Shown here: positions 7,939-16,803 of the stretch, piece by piece
Layout of the letters: the number at the start of each line of letters is the position of its first letter
Position numbering within the stretch: the stretch's first letter is position 1
DNA from: a bacterium
GTDB lineage: Bacteria > Patescibacteriota > Patescibacteriia > UBA9934 > GWF2-40-263
Length of the DNA: 64,000 bases
Reading direction: 5' to 3'
Assembly (NCBI GenBank): GCA_020057555.1
Contig: JAGVFR010000028.1
Location: forward strand, 12,444 to 76,443
Made by a program: the position numbers and the translations under genes
Notes under the pieces: generated by a model
Database searches by the model: none
What the model was told of the DNA's origin: nothing
The model's input: only the letters and a program-made list of their open reading frames with translations

Positions 7939-7994
7939 GGGAAGTAGATTATCATATTTTGACGTTTTTGTCAAGAGCCTACCATGAATACTTG

Positions 7995-8013
7995 GCTCAA
8001 TTTAGCTAAAAAC
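7995..8013 (+). repeat. 18-nt motif GCTCAAWTTAGCTAAAAA, copy 1, upstream of the rpsP promoter. Copy 2 is at 41969 upstream of rpoB.
   Basis: ggctcaatttagctaaaaa here versus tgctcaaattagctaaaaa at 41969, a 17/18 match. A third TTAGCTAAAAA lies at 42079. Confidence 0.5.
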
Positions 8014-8026
8014 AAAAAAGGGTTGT

Positions 8027-8056
8027 CACTTGACAGAAGAAATCAAATCACATACA
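8027..8056 (+). promoter_or_regulatory. Putative sigma70 promoter for rpsP (TTGACA, 17-nt spacer, TACACT)
   Basis: cttgacagaagaaatcaaatcacatacact. An 8-bp hairpin CCACGGCT/AGCCGTGG lies just before the start codon. Confidence 0.35.
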
Positions 8057-8120
8057 CTCTCCTCACATTCACTTTTCAAATACTATACAACCACGGCTAA
8101 AGCCGTGGGCTACAAACACT

Positions 8121-8519
8121 ATGATCTCAATCCGTCTCACACGCGTTGGTAAAACACGAGCGCCAATATATCGCATAGTTGTTCAACCAAAACATCGCGA
8201 TCCATGGTCTCCTGCAATTGAAATTCTCGGCCACTACAATCCACGAAAAGAACCAAAAGAAGTCGTGATCAAAAACGATCGCGTTAAATACTGGCTCTCA
8301 CAAGGAGCGGAAGCAACAGACACTGTTTGGAACATGCTTGTTGATGAGAAAATTGTTGAAGGAAAAAAACGATCAACAACACACATCAGTAATACCCATG
8401 CTGAAAGACTTGAAACAAAAGCAAGCGAAGCTAAAGCCGAATCTGAAAAACAAGAGGCTACAAAAAAAGAAGTTGAAACACCAAAAGAAGAGCCTCCAAA
8501 AGAAGAACCCGCGAACTAA
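8121..8519 (+). CDS. rpsP: 30S ribosomal protein S16 with a charged C-terminal extension
   Basis: MISIRLTRVGKTRAPIYRIVVQ...ILGHYNP. Confidence 0.85.
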   Translation: MISIRLTRVGKTRAPIYRIVVQPKHRDPWSPAIEILGHYNPRKEPKEVVIKNDRVKYWLSQGAEATDTVWNMLVDEKIVEGKKRSTTHISNTHAERLETKASEAKAESEKQEATKKEVETPKEEPPKEEPAN

Positions 8520-9196
8520 CGCGGGTTTTTCTTTTTCCACTCTTCAATTTTTTTGTGATCGCCAGAGAGAAGCACACTTGGCACTTTCCACTTTTTATAA
8601 ATTTCGGGTTTTGTATATTGAGGATATTCAAGCAAACCTTCCTCATCATGCGATTCACTTTCAAGAGATTCTTTTGAACCCAAAACTCCTGGCACCATAC
8701 GCGCGATTGCATCTATCATTATAAGTGCTGGAAGTTCTCCACCTGTCAAAACATAATTTCCAATCGAAAACGATTCATCAACAATGTGTTCTTCCACTCG
8801 ATTGTCGACACCTTCATACCGCCCGCACAAAAAAATCAACTGATCATATTTTGAGAGTCGCCGCGCGTCTTTTTGCGTAAATAAATTCCCGCTCGCCGAT
8901 GTTAATATCACTCGTGTCTTCATTCCTTTCAGACCTTTCCGACCTTTCAGACTTTTCACCGCCTTATCAAACGGCTCAACTTTCATCAGCATTCCAGCAC
9001 CACCACCGTACGGAGTGTCATCAACTTTGTGATGTTTGTCAGTCGTCCAATCGCGCAAATTGTGTGCAAAAATTTTTATCAAACCCTTCTTTTGCGCCCG
9101 ACCCAAAATCGAAGCATCCGAATACGGTACAATCATTTCTGGAAAAATCGTTATTATATCAAACTGACGCTTATGAAATTTTCGCATATTATTCAA
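8516..9196 (-). CDS. trmD: tRNA (guanine37-N1)-methyltransferase
   Basis: RFDIITIFPEM..., ...LFLCGRYEGVDNRVEEHIVDESFSIGNYVLTGGELPALIMIDAIARMVPGVLG. Confidence 0.85.
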   Translation of the reverse strand: MNNMRKFHKRQFDIITIFPEMIVPYSDASILGRAQKKGLIKIFAHNLRDWTTDKHHKVDDTPYGGGAGMLMKVEPFDKAVKSLKGRKGLKGMKTRVILTSASGNLFTQKDARRLSKYDQLIFLCGRYEGVDNRVEEHIVDESFSIGNYVLTGGELPALIMIDAIARMVPGVLGSKESLESESHDEEGLLEYPQYTKPEIYKKWKVPSVLLSGDHKKIEEWKKKNPR

Positions 9197-9243
9197 ATTA
9201 AAAACCGACCATGTACTAGCATAGCCGGTTTTTCTTTTTTTAT

Positions 9244-9615
9244 CTATATTCCTAGATCGTCTACTGACGAATCTCGATCACTGCCTGCGCTTGCGCCACC
9301 TACAAAACCGCCTGCGCTTGCGTTACCTGCAAAGTCGGTACGTGGTCGTGGACCACGAGAACCTTCTGGTTCAAAAATCTTCAAATTGACGCGCGCGTTT
9401 TCCTTTGCGCCAACGATCTTGAGCAGTGTGCGAACTGCGCGGGCTGTTTGTCCTTGCCGACCGATGACATAACCCATATCCTCCGCATGAATGTGAAGGG
9501 TGATGAGCACACCACGTTCGTCAACGATACGCTCTGTGCGGACGTCATCCGGATGGTTGACGATAGCGCGCACAATGTACTCAACGAACTCTTGATCGAA
9601 CAATTTATCTGCCAT
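9244..9615 (-). CDS. KH-domain RNA-binding protein (YlqC / UPF0109-like)
   Basis: The fold is KH-like, ...GVLITLHIHAEDMGYVIGRQGQTARAVRTLL..., with an RGG-like glycine-rich tail. It sits beside trmD, as in rpsP-KH-rimM-trmD operons. Confidence 0.6.
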   Translation of the reverse strand: MADKLFDQEFVEYIVRAIVNHPDDVRTERIVDERGVLITLHIHAEDMGYVIGRQGQTARAVRTLLKIVGAKENARVNLKIFEPEGSRGPRPRTDFAGNASAGGFVGGASAGSDRDSSVDDLGI

Positions 9616-9654
9616 ATCAGTTGCAACAAATGTTTCTTAGCCGTTTTCCTGCCA

Positions 9655-9707
9655 TCTGTTTGCCTGTCGACCGATCCCCCGAAGTTTCAGCGAAGGGGGA
9701 CAGACGG
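9655..9707 (+). repeat. Family-1 intergenic hairpin element, long variant
   Basis: ttgcctgtcgaccgatcccccgaagtttcagcgaagggggacagacgg. It shares TTGCCTG, TCGA and CCGAAGYTTCAGCG with the copy at 14661. Confidence 0.5.
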
Positions 9708-9790
9708 ACGGTTTGGAATGCTTAAAGCATATTGAATTTTGGGCAAATTGTCAATCCTCAAGATTTCCCCAATTTACAGTATCTTCGGCC

Positions 9791-9820
9791 TTGACAGGTT
9801 TCTGTCTCTTTTATAAAATG
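9791..9820 (+). promoter_or_regulatory. Putative rRNA promoter (TTGACA, 17-nt spacer, TAAAAT), about 225 nt upstream of the mature 16S 5' end
   Basis: cttgacaggtttctgtctcttttataaaatg. Confidence 0.45.
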
Positions 9821-11502
9821 CCACCGCTACTAGTTCAAGCACCCAAATCATCCAAACACTCTCCCGAGGGAGGCCTCGTGAGAGTTTTCATTACGCTTGA
9901 AGTTAGACGTCCATTACAATTGAATAACATCACATAATATGAACTTCTCTGTTGTGTGATTGTAATGTTTGTTCACGCAAAGAAGCCTTCTCAGTGGCCC
10001 TTTGCAATGACAGAATCCTTTGCTCCTTCTGGAGCATTGGATCTTTACTGAGAGTTTGATCCTGGCTCAGGACGAACGCTGGCGGCAGGTCTAAGGCATG
10101 CAAGTCGAACGGTTTGTTGTTGCCCGCAAGGGTGATGGCGAATAGTGGCAAACGGGAGCGTAACACATTGGTAACCTACCCCGAGCTCGTGAATAATTCA
10201 CCGAAAGGTGGACTAATACACGATATTGATGAGGGGACGCAAGTCATTCTCATTGAAAGCTTCGGCGGCACGGGAGGGGCCTATGCATTATCAGCTAGTT
10301 GGTGAGGTAATGGCTCACCAAGGCTATGACGATTACCGGGCGCGAGAGCGTGGCCCGGCTCACTGGGACTGAGACACGGCCCAGACACCTACGGGTGGCT
10401 GCAGTCAAGAATATTCCTCAATGCACGAAAGTGTGAAGGAGCTATGCCGCGTGCCAGACGAAGGCCTTCGGGTCGTAAATGGCTTTTATAAGGGACGAAC
10501 AAATGACGGTACCTTATGAATAAGGGGCTGCTAATCACGTGCCAGCAGCAGCGGTAATACGTGAGCCCCAAGCGTTGTCCGGATTTATTGGGCGTAAAGA
10601 GTCTGTAGGCTGTTCGATGTGTCATTCGTCAAATCTTCAGGCTCAACCTGGAGGCTGCGAGTGAGACTATCGGACTCGAGAACGGGAGAGGTGCATGGAA
10701 TTGCCGGTGTAGCGGTAAAATGCGTTAATATCGGCAAGAACACCAAAGGCGAAGGCAGTGCACTGGAACGTTTCTGACGCTGAGAGACGAAAGCGTGGGT
10801 AGCGAATGGGATTAGATACCCCAGTAGTCCACGCCGTAAACTATGAATGCTAGGTTTCGGGAGTATCGACCCTCTCGGAGCCGTTCAACCAAGTTAACAC
10901 GTTAAGCATTCCGCCTGGGAAGTACGATCGCAAGATTAAAACTCAAAGGAATAGACGGGGACCCGCACAAGCGGTGGAGCGTGCGGTTTAATTCGATGGT
11001 AAGCGAGGAACCTTACCTGGGCTTGAAAGACAGCTGCAATCCTGATGAAAGTCGGGACGCCTTCGAGGGTGCTGTCTAGGTGCTGCATGGTTGTCGTCAG
11101 CTCGTGGTGTGAACTGTTCCCTTAAGTGGGGTAACGAGCGCAACCCTTATCCCGCGTTATAAGTGTCACGGGAGACTGCCCTCGCAAGAGGGAGGAAGGT
11201 GAGGATGACGTCAAATCAGCATGGCCCTTATGTCCAGGGCGACACGCGCGCTACAATGGCCGGTACAATGGGCAGCCAAATCGTAAGATGGAGCTAATCC
11301 CACAAAGCCGGTCCCAGTTCAGATTGAGGTCTGCAACTCGACCTCATGAAGCCGGAATCGCTAGTAACGGCCGATCAGCCACGCGGCCGTGAATACGTTC
11401 TCGGGTCTTGTACTCACCGCCCGTCACGTCAAGAGAGTTGGCAACACCCGAACGTCGCCGTAGGGCGACGGAAGGTGGGGCTGATGATAAGGACGAAGTC
11501 GT

Positions 11503-12325
11503 AGAGTGAATCTCATTTGTTGCGACTCTCGACAGTAATGTCGATGTTAAAATCTGACTATATCGGTGAAGCCCTATTCCCTCTCTCGGGAAGGGTAATA
11601 CCGAGGGAAGCTTTTATACGATTATGGCAAACAGAAAAGAGTATCACCTAATGCGTCAGTCGGTGCATCTCACCGATTATCAACGTTCGATGCTTATCGG
11701 AACACTTCTTGGAGATGGAAGTCTCGTTGAGACAACATCAAAAAAGAACCTCCGATTAAAAATCGAGTATTGCGATGCTCAACGTGATTATGTCTTCTGG
11801 AAATATGAATGCCTTAAATCGTTTGTCTTAACTCCTCCGAAGTTCCAAATCAGGAACCGCTCGTGGATGTTCAAGACCATTAGTCATCCAGAATTCACGA
11901 TGCTCGGCGATCTCTTCTATGAGAAACGTCGAAAAATCGTACCAGTGGAAATTATGATCCTTCTCAAGGATCCGCTTTCCCTGGCAGTGTGGTTCATGGA
12001 CGATGGATCGAAAAATAGAAATGATGGGTTGATTCTAAATACGCAATGTTTCACTAATAATGAAACAAAGCGATTGAAGAACTGCCTTTCAACTAATTTT
12101 GGCATCGACCATGTTTCACTCCAAAAAGATAAATCTGGGTGGCGCTTGTATGTTCAATCGGCATCGTCCGGTCATATGACACAAGTCATGAAGCCTTACG
12201 TCCTGCCGTGTCTAACATACAAATTGATAAGCCCTGTAGAGACTACACGTCGGCCCCGTCGCCTAATTTCGTAGGCAGGCGGGTGAAGATATAGTCCATG
12301 CCCGGAGTAATCCGTGGAATCACAG
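11503..12325 (+). mobile_element. Group I-like intron at 16S position ~1506 carrying a LAGLIDADG homing endonuclease
   Basis: The 5' exon ends in U and the intron ends in G. A candidate internal guide sequence GCGAC at ~11522 pairs with the exon end GUCGU. An 823-nt insertion splits otherwise conserved 16S sequence, and the ORF fills most of it. Confidence 0.7.
11624..12274 (+). CDS. LAGLIDADG homing endonuclease (two motifs) within the 16S intron
   Basis: LIGTLLGDGSL and LAVWFMDDGSK. Confidence 0.85.
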   Translation: MANRKEYHLMRQSVHLTDYQRSMLIGTLLGDGSLVETTSKKNLRLKIEYCDAQRDYVFWKYECLKSFVLTPPKFQIRNRSWMFKTISHPEFTMLGDLFYEKRRKIVPVEIMILLKDPLSLAVWFMDDGSKNRNDGLILNTQCFTNNETKRLKNCLSTNFGIDHVSLQKDKSGWRLYVQSASSGHMTQVMKPYVLPCLTYKLISPVETTRRPRRLIS

Positions 12326-12526
12326 AACAAGGCACCCGTAGCGGAAGCTGTGGGTGGATCACCTCCTTTTTAGGGATATTTTCTTCTGAAGCTTTATGCG
12401 GATGAGGAACATGATCCCAGGTCGAGATCAATCTATCAGGTTGGTCGGACTCGGCCCTCGGGCCGAGAAAATATTCGGACAAACATTGCAATCATAGAGT
12501 AGAGAAGGATTGAAATTCATCCTGAA

Positions 12527-12566
12527 TTAAAAATACACCCTGAGCTAGTCGAAGGGTGTATTTGTT
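12527..12566. terminator. Bidirectional intrinsic terminator after 16S and after tRNA-Phe. No 23S follows.
   Basis: aaaaatacaccctgagctagtcgaagggtgtatttgtttt. The stem is ACACCCT/AGGGTGT with T runs on both strands. Confidence 0.6.
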
Positions 12567-12574
12567 TTATTATG

Positions 12575-12649
<75 letters not shown>

Positions 12650-12655
12650 AAATAT

Positions 12656-12684
12656 ATTGCCTGAGCCTGTCGAAGGCTGCAGGG
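12656..12684 (+). repeat. Family-1 intergenic element, short form
   Basis: attgcctgagcctgtcgaaggctgcaggg. Confidence 0.5.
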
Positions 12685-12706
12685 CTATTTCGATCTAAAA
12701 TTTTAG

Positions 12707-13150
12707 CTACCTCGGCGTTGTGTTCTCTTCTGAATCCTCAACGTGTACTGAACGCAGTAACACAAGCGCGATAAGACCAAGTACAGTCGCAACTGTTGCA
12801 AGCGCAAACATTCCCATTCCAACCGTAATCCCGATTCCAGCAACAAGCCACAAACTTGCAGCTGTTGTCAGACCTTGAACATGGCCGCGTGATTGAATGA
12901 TCATTCCAGCTCCGATAAATCCAATTCCTGGCAACACGCTCGAGATGATTCTTGAAATATCTGTCGCTGATGTCGCGCCTTCTTGTCGAACAATTTCTAA
13001 AGAGACGATCGTTATAAGCGCTGTTCCAAGCCCAACCAACATATTCGTCCTCATACCTGACGGTTTGTGGCGATACTCGCGTTCATATCCAATCGCGCCA
13101 GCTAGAATAATAGCGACAATAAGACGAACGATCATGTCTGAAAATGGCAT
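12707..13150 (-). CDS. MgtC/SapB family membrane protein
   Basis: MPFSDMIVRLIVAIILAGAIGYEREYRHKPSGMRTNMLVGLG... Confidence 0.75.
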   Translation of the reverse strand: MPFSDMIVRLIVAIILAGAIGYEREYRHKPSGMRTNMLVGLGTALITIVSLEIVRQEGATSATDISRIISSVLPGIGFIGAGMIIQSRGHVQGLTTAASLWLVAGIGITVGMGMFALATVATVLGLIALVLLRSVHVEDSEENTTPR

Positions 13151-13280
13151 AGTTTTGTGTAAATAAGGAGCGGAAAAAGTATACCAATGCCAGCAAAAAA
13201 TGAAAAGCCCTGAACCACGTTTGGTTCAGGGCGAAAATCTATGCGTGGAAACACGCAACAAAACTGTTGATTTGTAAGGA

Positions 13281-14525
13281 TTACGGCATAAATTCCTCTT
13301 GGGGGATCAAAATAATCAAATCACGTTTACGAATGGAAAAAAATATAAGCGCAATCACGCAAAGTCCAATCGAAACTAAAAAAACAAATTCAAGATTGAT
13401 TTTCGCGATCCATCCGGCAAAAAATAAAATAGGGATATCAAGTATGGCCTTAAAAACATTCAGATTTGAAAGAGTCGTCGCACGACTTCGAGAGTTGATG
13501 CGACTGTTCATCGTGCTAGCGAATACGGGTTCGCGAACAGTTTCCAAAACGATCGTTGTTAATATAAAAACAAAAAGGAGCCATGAGATATCTGTTAAAA
13601 AAACACCGACAAGACTCACGATCATTAAAGCGATACTCCAAAAAAGAGCGCGTGTTGTGCCAAGGATCTTTTCAATTCGGCCGATTTGTTGATGACCAAT
13701 AAAACAAATTCCATGCATTATAAAATAAAAAACACCAAGCCAAAAAATACTTACGCCGTGTTCATAAAGAAATGGCTGATAAGCTCGCCAAACAAGAAAG
13801 CTCGCAATGAATATCAAAAGCTTGTTCATCGAGGCACGAAAAAGAAATGGCTCGTGTAAGATCGTCTCAAAGCTTTCTCGAAAAATTCCTTTTTCATATT
13901 CCGTGACATTCTTAGTGTGCTTTGGTTCAGTTAAAAAGAAAAAGACAAGTAACCCAGCAATGACTGCAAAAATATTTACCCAAATGAGAATACTAAATTG
14001 AAACTCTGTAAGATCTTTGGCAATCCAAGCACCAAGAATTGGAACAATGATATTAAAAAAATGCTGTGCTGAATGAAGACGTCCGTTGTGCTTTGTCATT
14101 TCTTTGTCTTCCCCAAGCTCCTTTAGGGAATCATAAAGAAACGCTTCTTCTGTTCCAGAGAAACAAGAAAAAGAAGCTGACATGATAACAAAGACAATTA
14201 CGAAAGCTGGAAAGCTTGTCGCGAACAATGTTGCGACCCAAGAAAGCGCAAGTAAAAATGCTCCAAGAATCAGTGTTCGCTTTCTACCAAATCTATCCGC
14301 AAGATAGCCAGTTGGAACTTCAAAAAGAAGAGTGGAGAGCGACCAAACAATACTCAAATAAAAAATTTCATTGATCTCGACACCGCGGTGTAAATAAAAA
14401 AGAGTAACTATTGCATTAAGAATGTTTAATCTAACAAACGCTTTTCCCCAAAAAAGAAGATTCTGATTTCTTTTAAGATGTTCTGTTCGATACATATGTT
14501 CAATCATACTAATACGATCCGTCAA
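13281..14525 (-). CDS. Major facilitator superfamily (MFS) transporter
   Basis: 414 aa with 12 predicted TM helices. MFS motif A GYLADRFGRKRT. Confidence 0.75.
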   Translation of the reverse strand: MTDRISMIEHMYRTEHLKRNQNLLFWGKAFVRLNILNAIVTLFYLHRGVEINEIFYLSIVWSLSTLLFEVPTGYLADRFGRKRTLILGAFLLALSWVATLFATSFPAFVIVFVIMSASFSCFSGTEEAFLYDSLKELGEDKEMTKHNGRLHSAQHFFNIIVPILGAWIAKDLTEFQFSILIWVNIFAVIAGLLVFFFLTEPKHTKNVTEYEKGIFRESFETILHEPFLFRASMNKLLIFIASFLVWRAYQPFLYEHGVSIFWLGVFYFIMHGICFIGHQQIGRIEKILGTTRALFWSIALMIVSLVGVFLTDISWLLFVFILTTIVLETVREPVFASTMNSRINSRSRATTLSNLNVFKAILDIPILFFAGWIAKINLEFVFLVSIGLCVIALIFFSIRKRDLIILIPQEEFMP

Positions 14526-14552
14526 AAATAAAAAACCGCCTTATACGACGGT

Positions 14553-14629
14553 TGGTGGGCGTGGATGGACTCGAACCATCGACCTCAACATTATCAGTGT
14601 TGCGCTCTAACCACCTGAGCTACACGCCC
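14553..14629 (-). tRNA. tRNA-Ile (GAT), CCA encoded
   Basis: GGGCGTGTAGCTCAGGTGGTTAGAGCGCAACACTGATAATGTTGAGGTCGATGGTTCGAGTCCATCCACGCCCACCA. Confidence 0.9.
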
Positions 14630-14660
14630 GAATGAGTGAAATGGCCAAAATTTGACGAAT

Positions 14661-14721
14661 TACTGCCTTCGACCCGCCTGCGCTGAAGCTTCGGACGGGC
14701 AGGCTGGCTCAGGCAATAACG
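14661..14721 (-). repeat. Family-1 intergenic element, long variant with an internal hairpin
   Basis: The reverse complement is cgttattgcctgagccagcctgcccgtccgaagcttcagcgcaggcgggtcgaaggcagta. Confidence 0.5.
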
Positions 14722-14840
14722 AAGAATGCGACAGCAATATAACAAAACAATGAAAAACTGACAAGAGAGATTCTTCCGTGTGTGGAGATTCAAAAATTAT
14801 AAAACCGCCCTTGTCTAAGAGCGGTTTTTATATTGAAAGA

Positions 14841-15359
14841 TTATCGGCTAGCGATGATTTCATCTGTATCTTCGCTCTCGCACGCGCGAATGCGAATCAC
14901 TCCATTGGTTTCACGTTCAAGTGTGTATCCAGTTCCCTCTTCTCCATTCGCGCTCCCATCATCCCATGTCACACTTCCAGCCGGACCAACTGGAACATCT
15001 TCCAAATACTGATCCACCAATCCTGACAAATCAGCACAAGTTGTATCACCTGTCACTGCAGTATCGCAGGCCGCGTTATTATCATCACATCCAGCCGCCA
15101 TTGAACCGTCAACTATCATATACACACTTCCTGCTGTTGTGCCTGAAACAGCCGCAAGATGTGAACCATTATTATCAACTTGATATAACAATATCGAAGA
15201 TAGAATCTCCTGCACATCGTTTTGACGTACCGCATCGCGGGCTTGTTTGAAACGCGTTGCAGGATCAAGCGAGACGAATACGACAGCCACCAAGATGCCG
15301 ATGATCGCTATAACAACTAGCAATTCAATAAGAGTAAAACCTTTTTCATTATTTCTCAT
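14841..15359 (-). CDS. Type IV (major) pilin with a prepilin signal
   Basis: MRNNEKG|FTLIELLVVIAIIGILVAVV, a class III signal with Glu at +5. Confidence 0.85.
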   Translation of the reverse strand: MRNNEKGFTLIELLVVIAIIGILVAVVFVSLDPATRFKQARDAVRQNDVQEILSSILLYQVDNNGSHLAAVSGTTAGSVYMIVDGSMAAGCDDNNAACDTAVTGDTTCADLSGLVDQYLEDVPVGPAGSVTWDDGSANGEEGTGYTLERETNGVIRIRACESEDTDEIIASR

Positions 15360-15362
15360 ATC

Positions 15363-16373
15363 CTATTTTAGTTTTTTATTATTCAAAAAATTATGTTGAT
15401 AAGTATATTTCCACGGAACTGCTGATCTTAAAGCCGCTCCTATTGCCGGCCCAAATGTTTGTATTTTTTTATCATCAAGACCTTTTATTGAAAAAGCGTC
15501 TCCGAGTTTAAACACCGATGAATCTTTCCCAATGATCTTATTGATCTCACTAACAGCTTGTTTGTCCAGTAAATCTAAACCAGAGATATACACAGATGTG
15601 ATTGCCTGCTCATGATTGTTAAAGTATACCAGAATTTCCTTTATTGTTTCAATAATGCTTGTTTCAATTCCCTTTATTGGAAGTTTCCGATTAACAGTTT
15701 TGACTCCAAGTTGTTTGAATGAATTTGAACGCGAATACACATTTGAACCTTTCAATGTATAAACAGTTACAGAAATCCAAGTATGCCCAACATCAACAAG
15801 AGCAATTAGATCAGTAGGTTTTGTCGGTAAATGCTCCTTGGTACGATACTTGTTAATAAATCGCAAAATTGCCTTGCTATTTGTCTCTGTTGCAATAACT
15901 TTGAATGGTGTGACACTTACTATTTCTCGAAATCCATCTGCCACATCTGAATCAACCGCATATACTGTTGTTCTCACACCTTCTGCTTCTTGGGACCCTT
16001 GAGAAATTGCCGTTTCTGCGTGTGAAAATAAAATCGGAATCTCACGTTGCGCAATGCTTAACGACTTTTCTTTTAATTTTTCTCCTTTCAACTCCTTGCC
16101 AGCAATAAAGCTATGAAAAAAAACGCGTGATTCCGGCAACAAAATTGTTGCGCGAAGCGGAGCATCTTTAAGAGATGCTGAATTAAACTCCTTCTGAAAT
16201 AAACTTTGAACTTCTTTAAGTTTCTCGACTTTTTCATCAACAATAAGTCCGTCCGGTATTTCTATTTCAATAAGTTCTTTCACAACCCCAAATATCGATA
16301 CGCGTGCGAGACGTATATGATGTTCTGAAATATCTATTCCGACTCCTGTTATTAGTTTGCTAAAAAATCGCAT
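15363..16373 (-). CDS. pilM: Type IV pilus assembly protein PilM (actin-like ATPase fold)
   Basis: N-terminal GVGIDISEHHIRLARV. C-terminal FGPAIGAALRS. Confidence 0.65.
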   Translation of the reverse strand: MRFFSKLITGVGIDISEHHIRLARVSIFGVVKELIEIEIPDGLIVDEKVEKLKEVQSLFQKEFNSASLKDAPLRATILLPESRVFFHSFIAGKELKGEKLKEKSLSIAQREIPILFSHAETAISQGSQEAEGVRTTVYAVDSDVADGFREIVSVTPFKVIATETNSKAILRFINKYRTKEHLPTKPTDLIALVDVGHTWISVTVYTLKGSNVYSRSNSFKQLGVKTVNRKLPIKGIETSIIETIKEILVYFNNHEQAITSVYISGLDLLDKQAVSEINKIIGKDSSVFKLGDAFSIKGLDDKKIQTFGPAIGAALRSAVPWKYTYQHNFLNNKKLK

Positions 16374-16374
16374 A

Positions 16375-16803
16375 TCAATTTACTTCTGCCCAATCTGTTA
16401 TATCAATCGATGTCCCAGTAACAGTAACCCCAACCTGAACTGATCTTGTGTAATCATCGCGCACAGCTTCGACATCAATCACGCAATTTCCACATGGAAC
16501 ACCTGTAATAATAATTGAACATTGCGCTGATCCAATTGTTAAACTTCCGCCACTGTAATTTGAATCGCGACTTAAACGAACCAACGCCTCTTCCGCGCAA
16601 CTTTCGGCTGAAAGCAAAGCGTCATTGCTTGCTTGCGCAGAATATCCAATATCCAGATTATCAGTTCCTATCATCGCTGTCGTGCTTATTACAATCAAAG
16701 CCATCGCAAGTACAATAATCATAACTGTGATTGCGGCCGCGCCGCGCTTGTCATCAATCCAATGGAATTCTGATGGCTGTTTGAAAATTTTCAGCATAAT
16801 CAA
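16375..16803 (-). CDS. Single-TM membrane protein in the pilus operon (PilN/PilO-like or pseudopilin-like; unassigned)
   Basis: One N-terminal TM segment AAAITVMIIVLAMALIVISTTAM. Position in the operon. Confidence 0.4.
   Translation of the reverse strand: MIMLKIFKQPSEFHWIDDKRGAAAITVMIIVLAMALIVISTTAMIGTDNLDIGYSAQASNDALLSAESCAEEALVRLSRDSNYSGGSLTIGSAQCSIIITGVPCGNCVIDVEAVRDDYTRSVQVGVTVTGTSIDITDWAEVN

Larger units (their letters stand above)
10045..12368 (+). rRNA. rrs: 16S rRNA gene interrupted by an ~820-nt intron (exon 1 ~10045-11502, exon 2 ~12326-12368)
   Basis: The 5' end reads AGAGTTTGATCCTGGCTCAG. GTGCCAGCAGCAGCGGTAATAC is a CPR-like variant of the 515 region. ...GTACTCACCGCCCGTCACG is the 1390-1400 region. 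The 3' end reads ...GGATCACCTCCTT. Exon junction restores GAAGUCGU|AACAAGG, matching E. coli 1499-1511. Confidence 0.9.

Noticed and set aside
7292-7987. ORFs 7292..7525(-), 7589..7987(+) and 7668..7955(-) as protein genes
   Set aside because: They overlap one another on both strands, have no properly spaced ribosome-binding sites, and have compositions rich in Trp, Cys and Arg. The region is better explained as a structured RNA.
8338-8724. Overlapping ORFs in alternative frames of rpsP and trmD
   Set aside because: They are frame-shifted shadows of well-supported genes
12380-12480. Independent element: hairpin CTCGGCCC/GGGCCGAG after the 16S 3' end
   Set aside because: Most likely the 3' half of the 16S precursor processing stem; it is not followed by a U-tract
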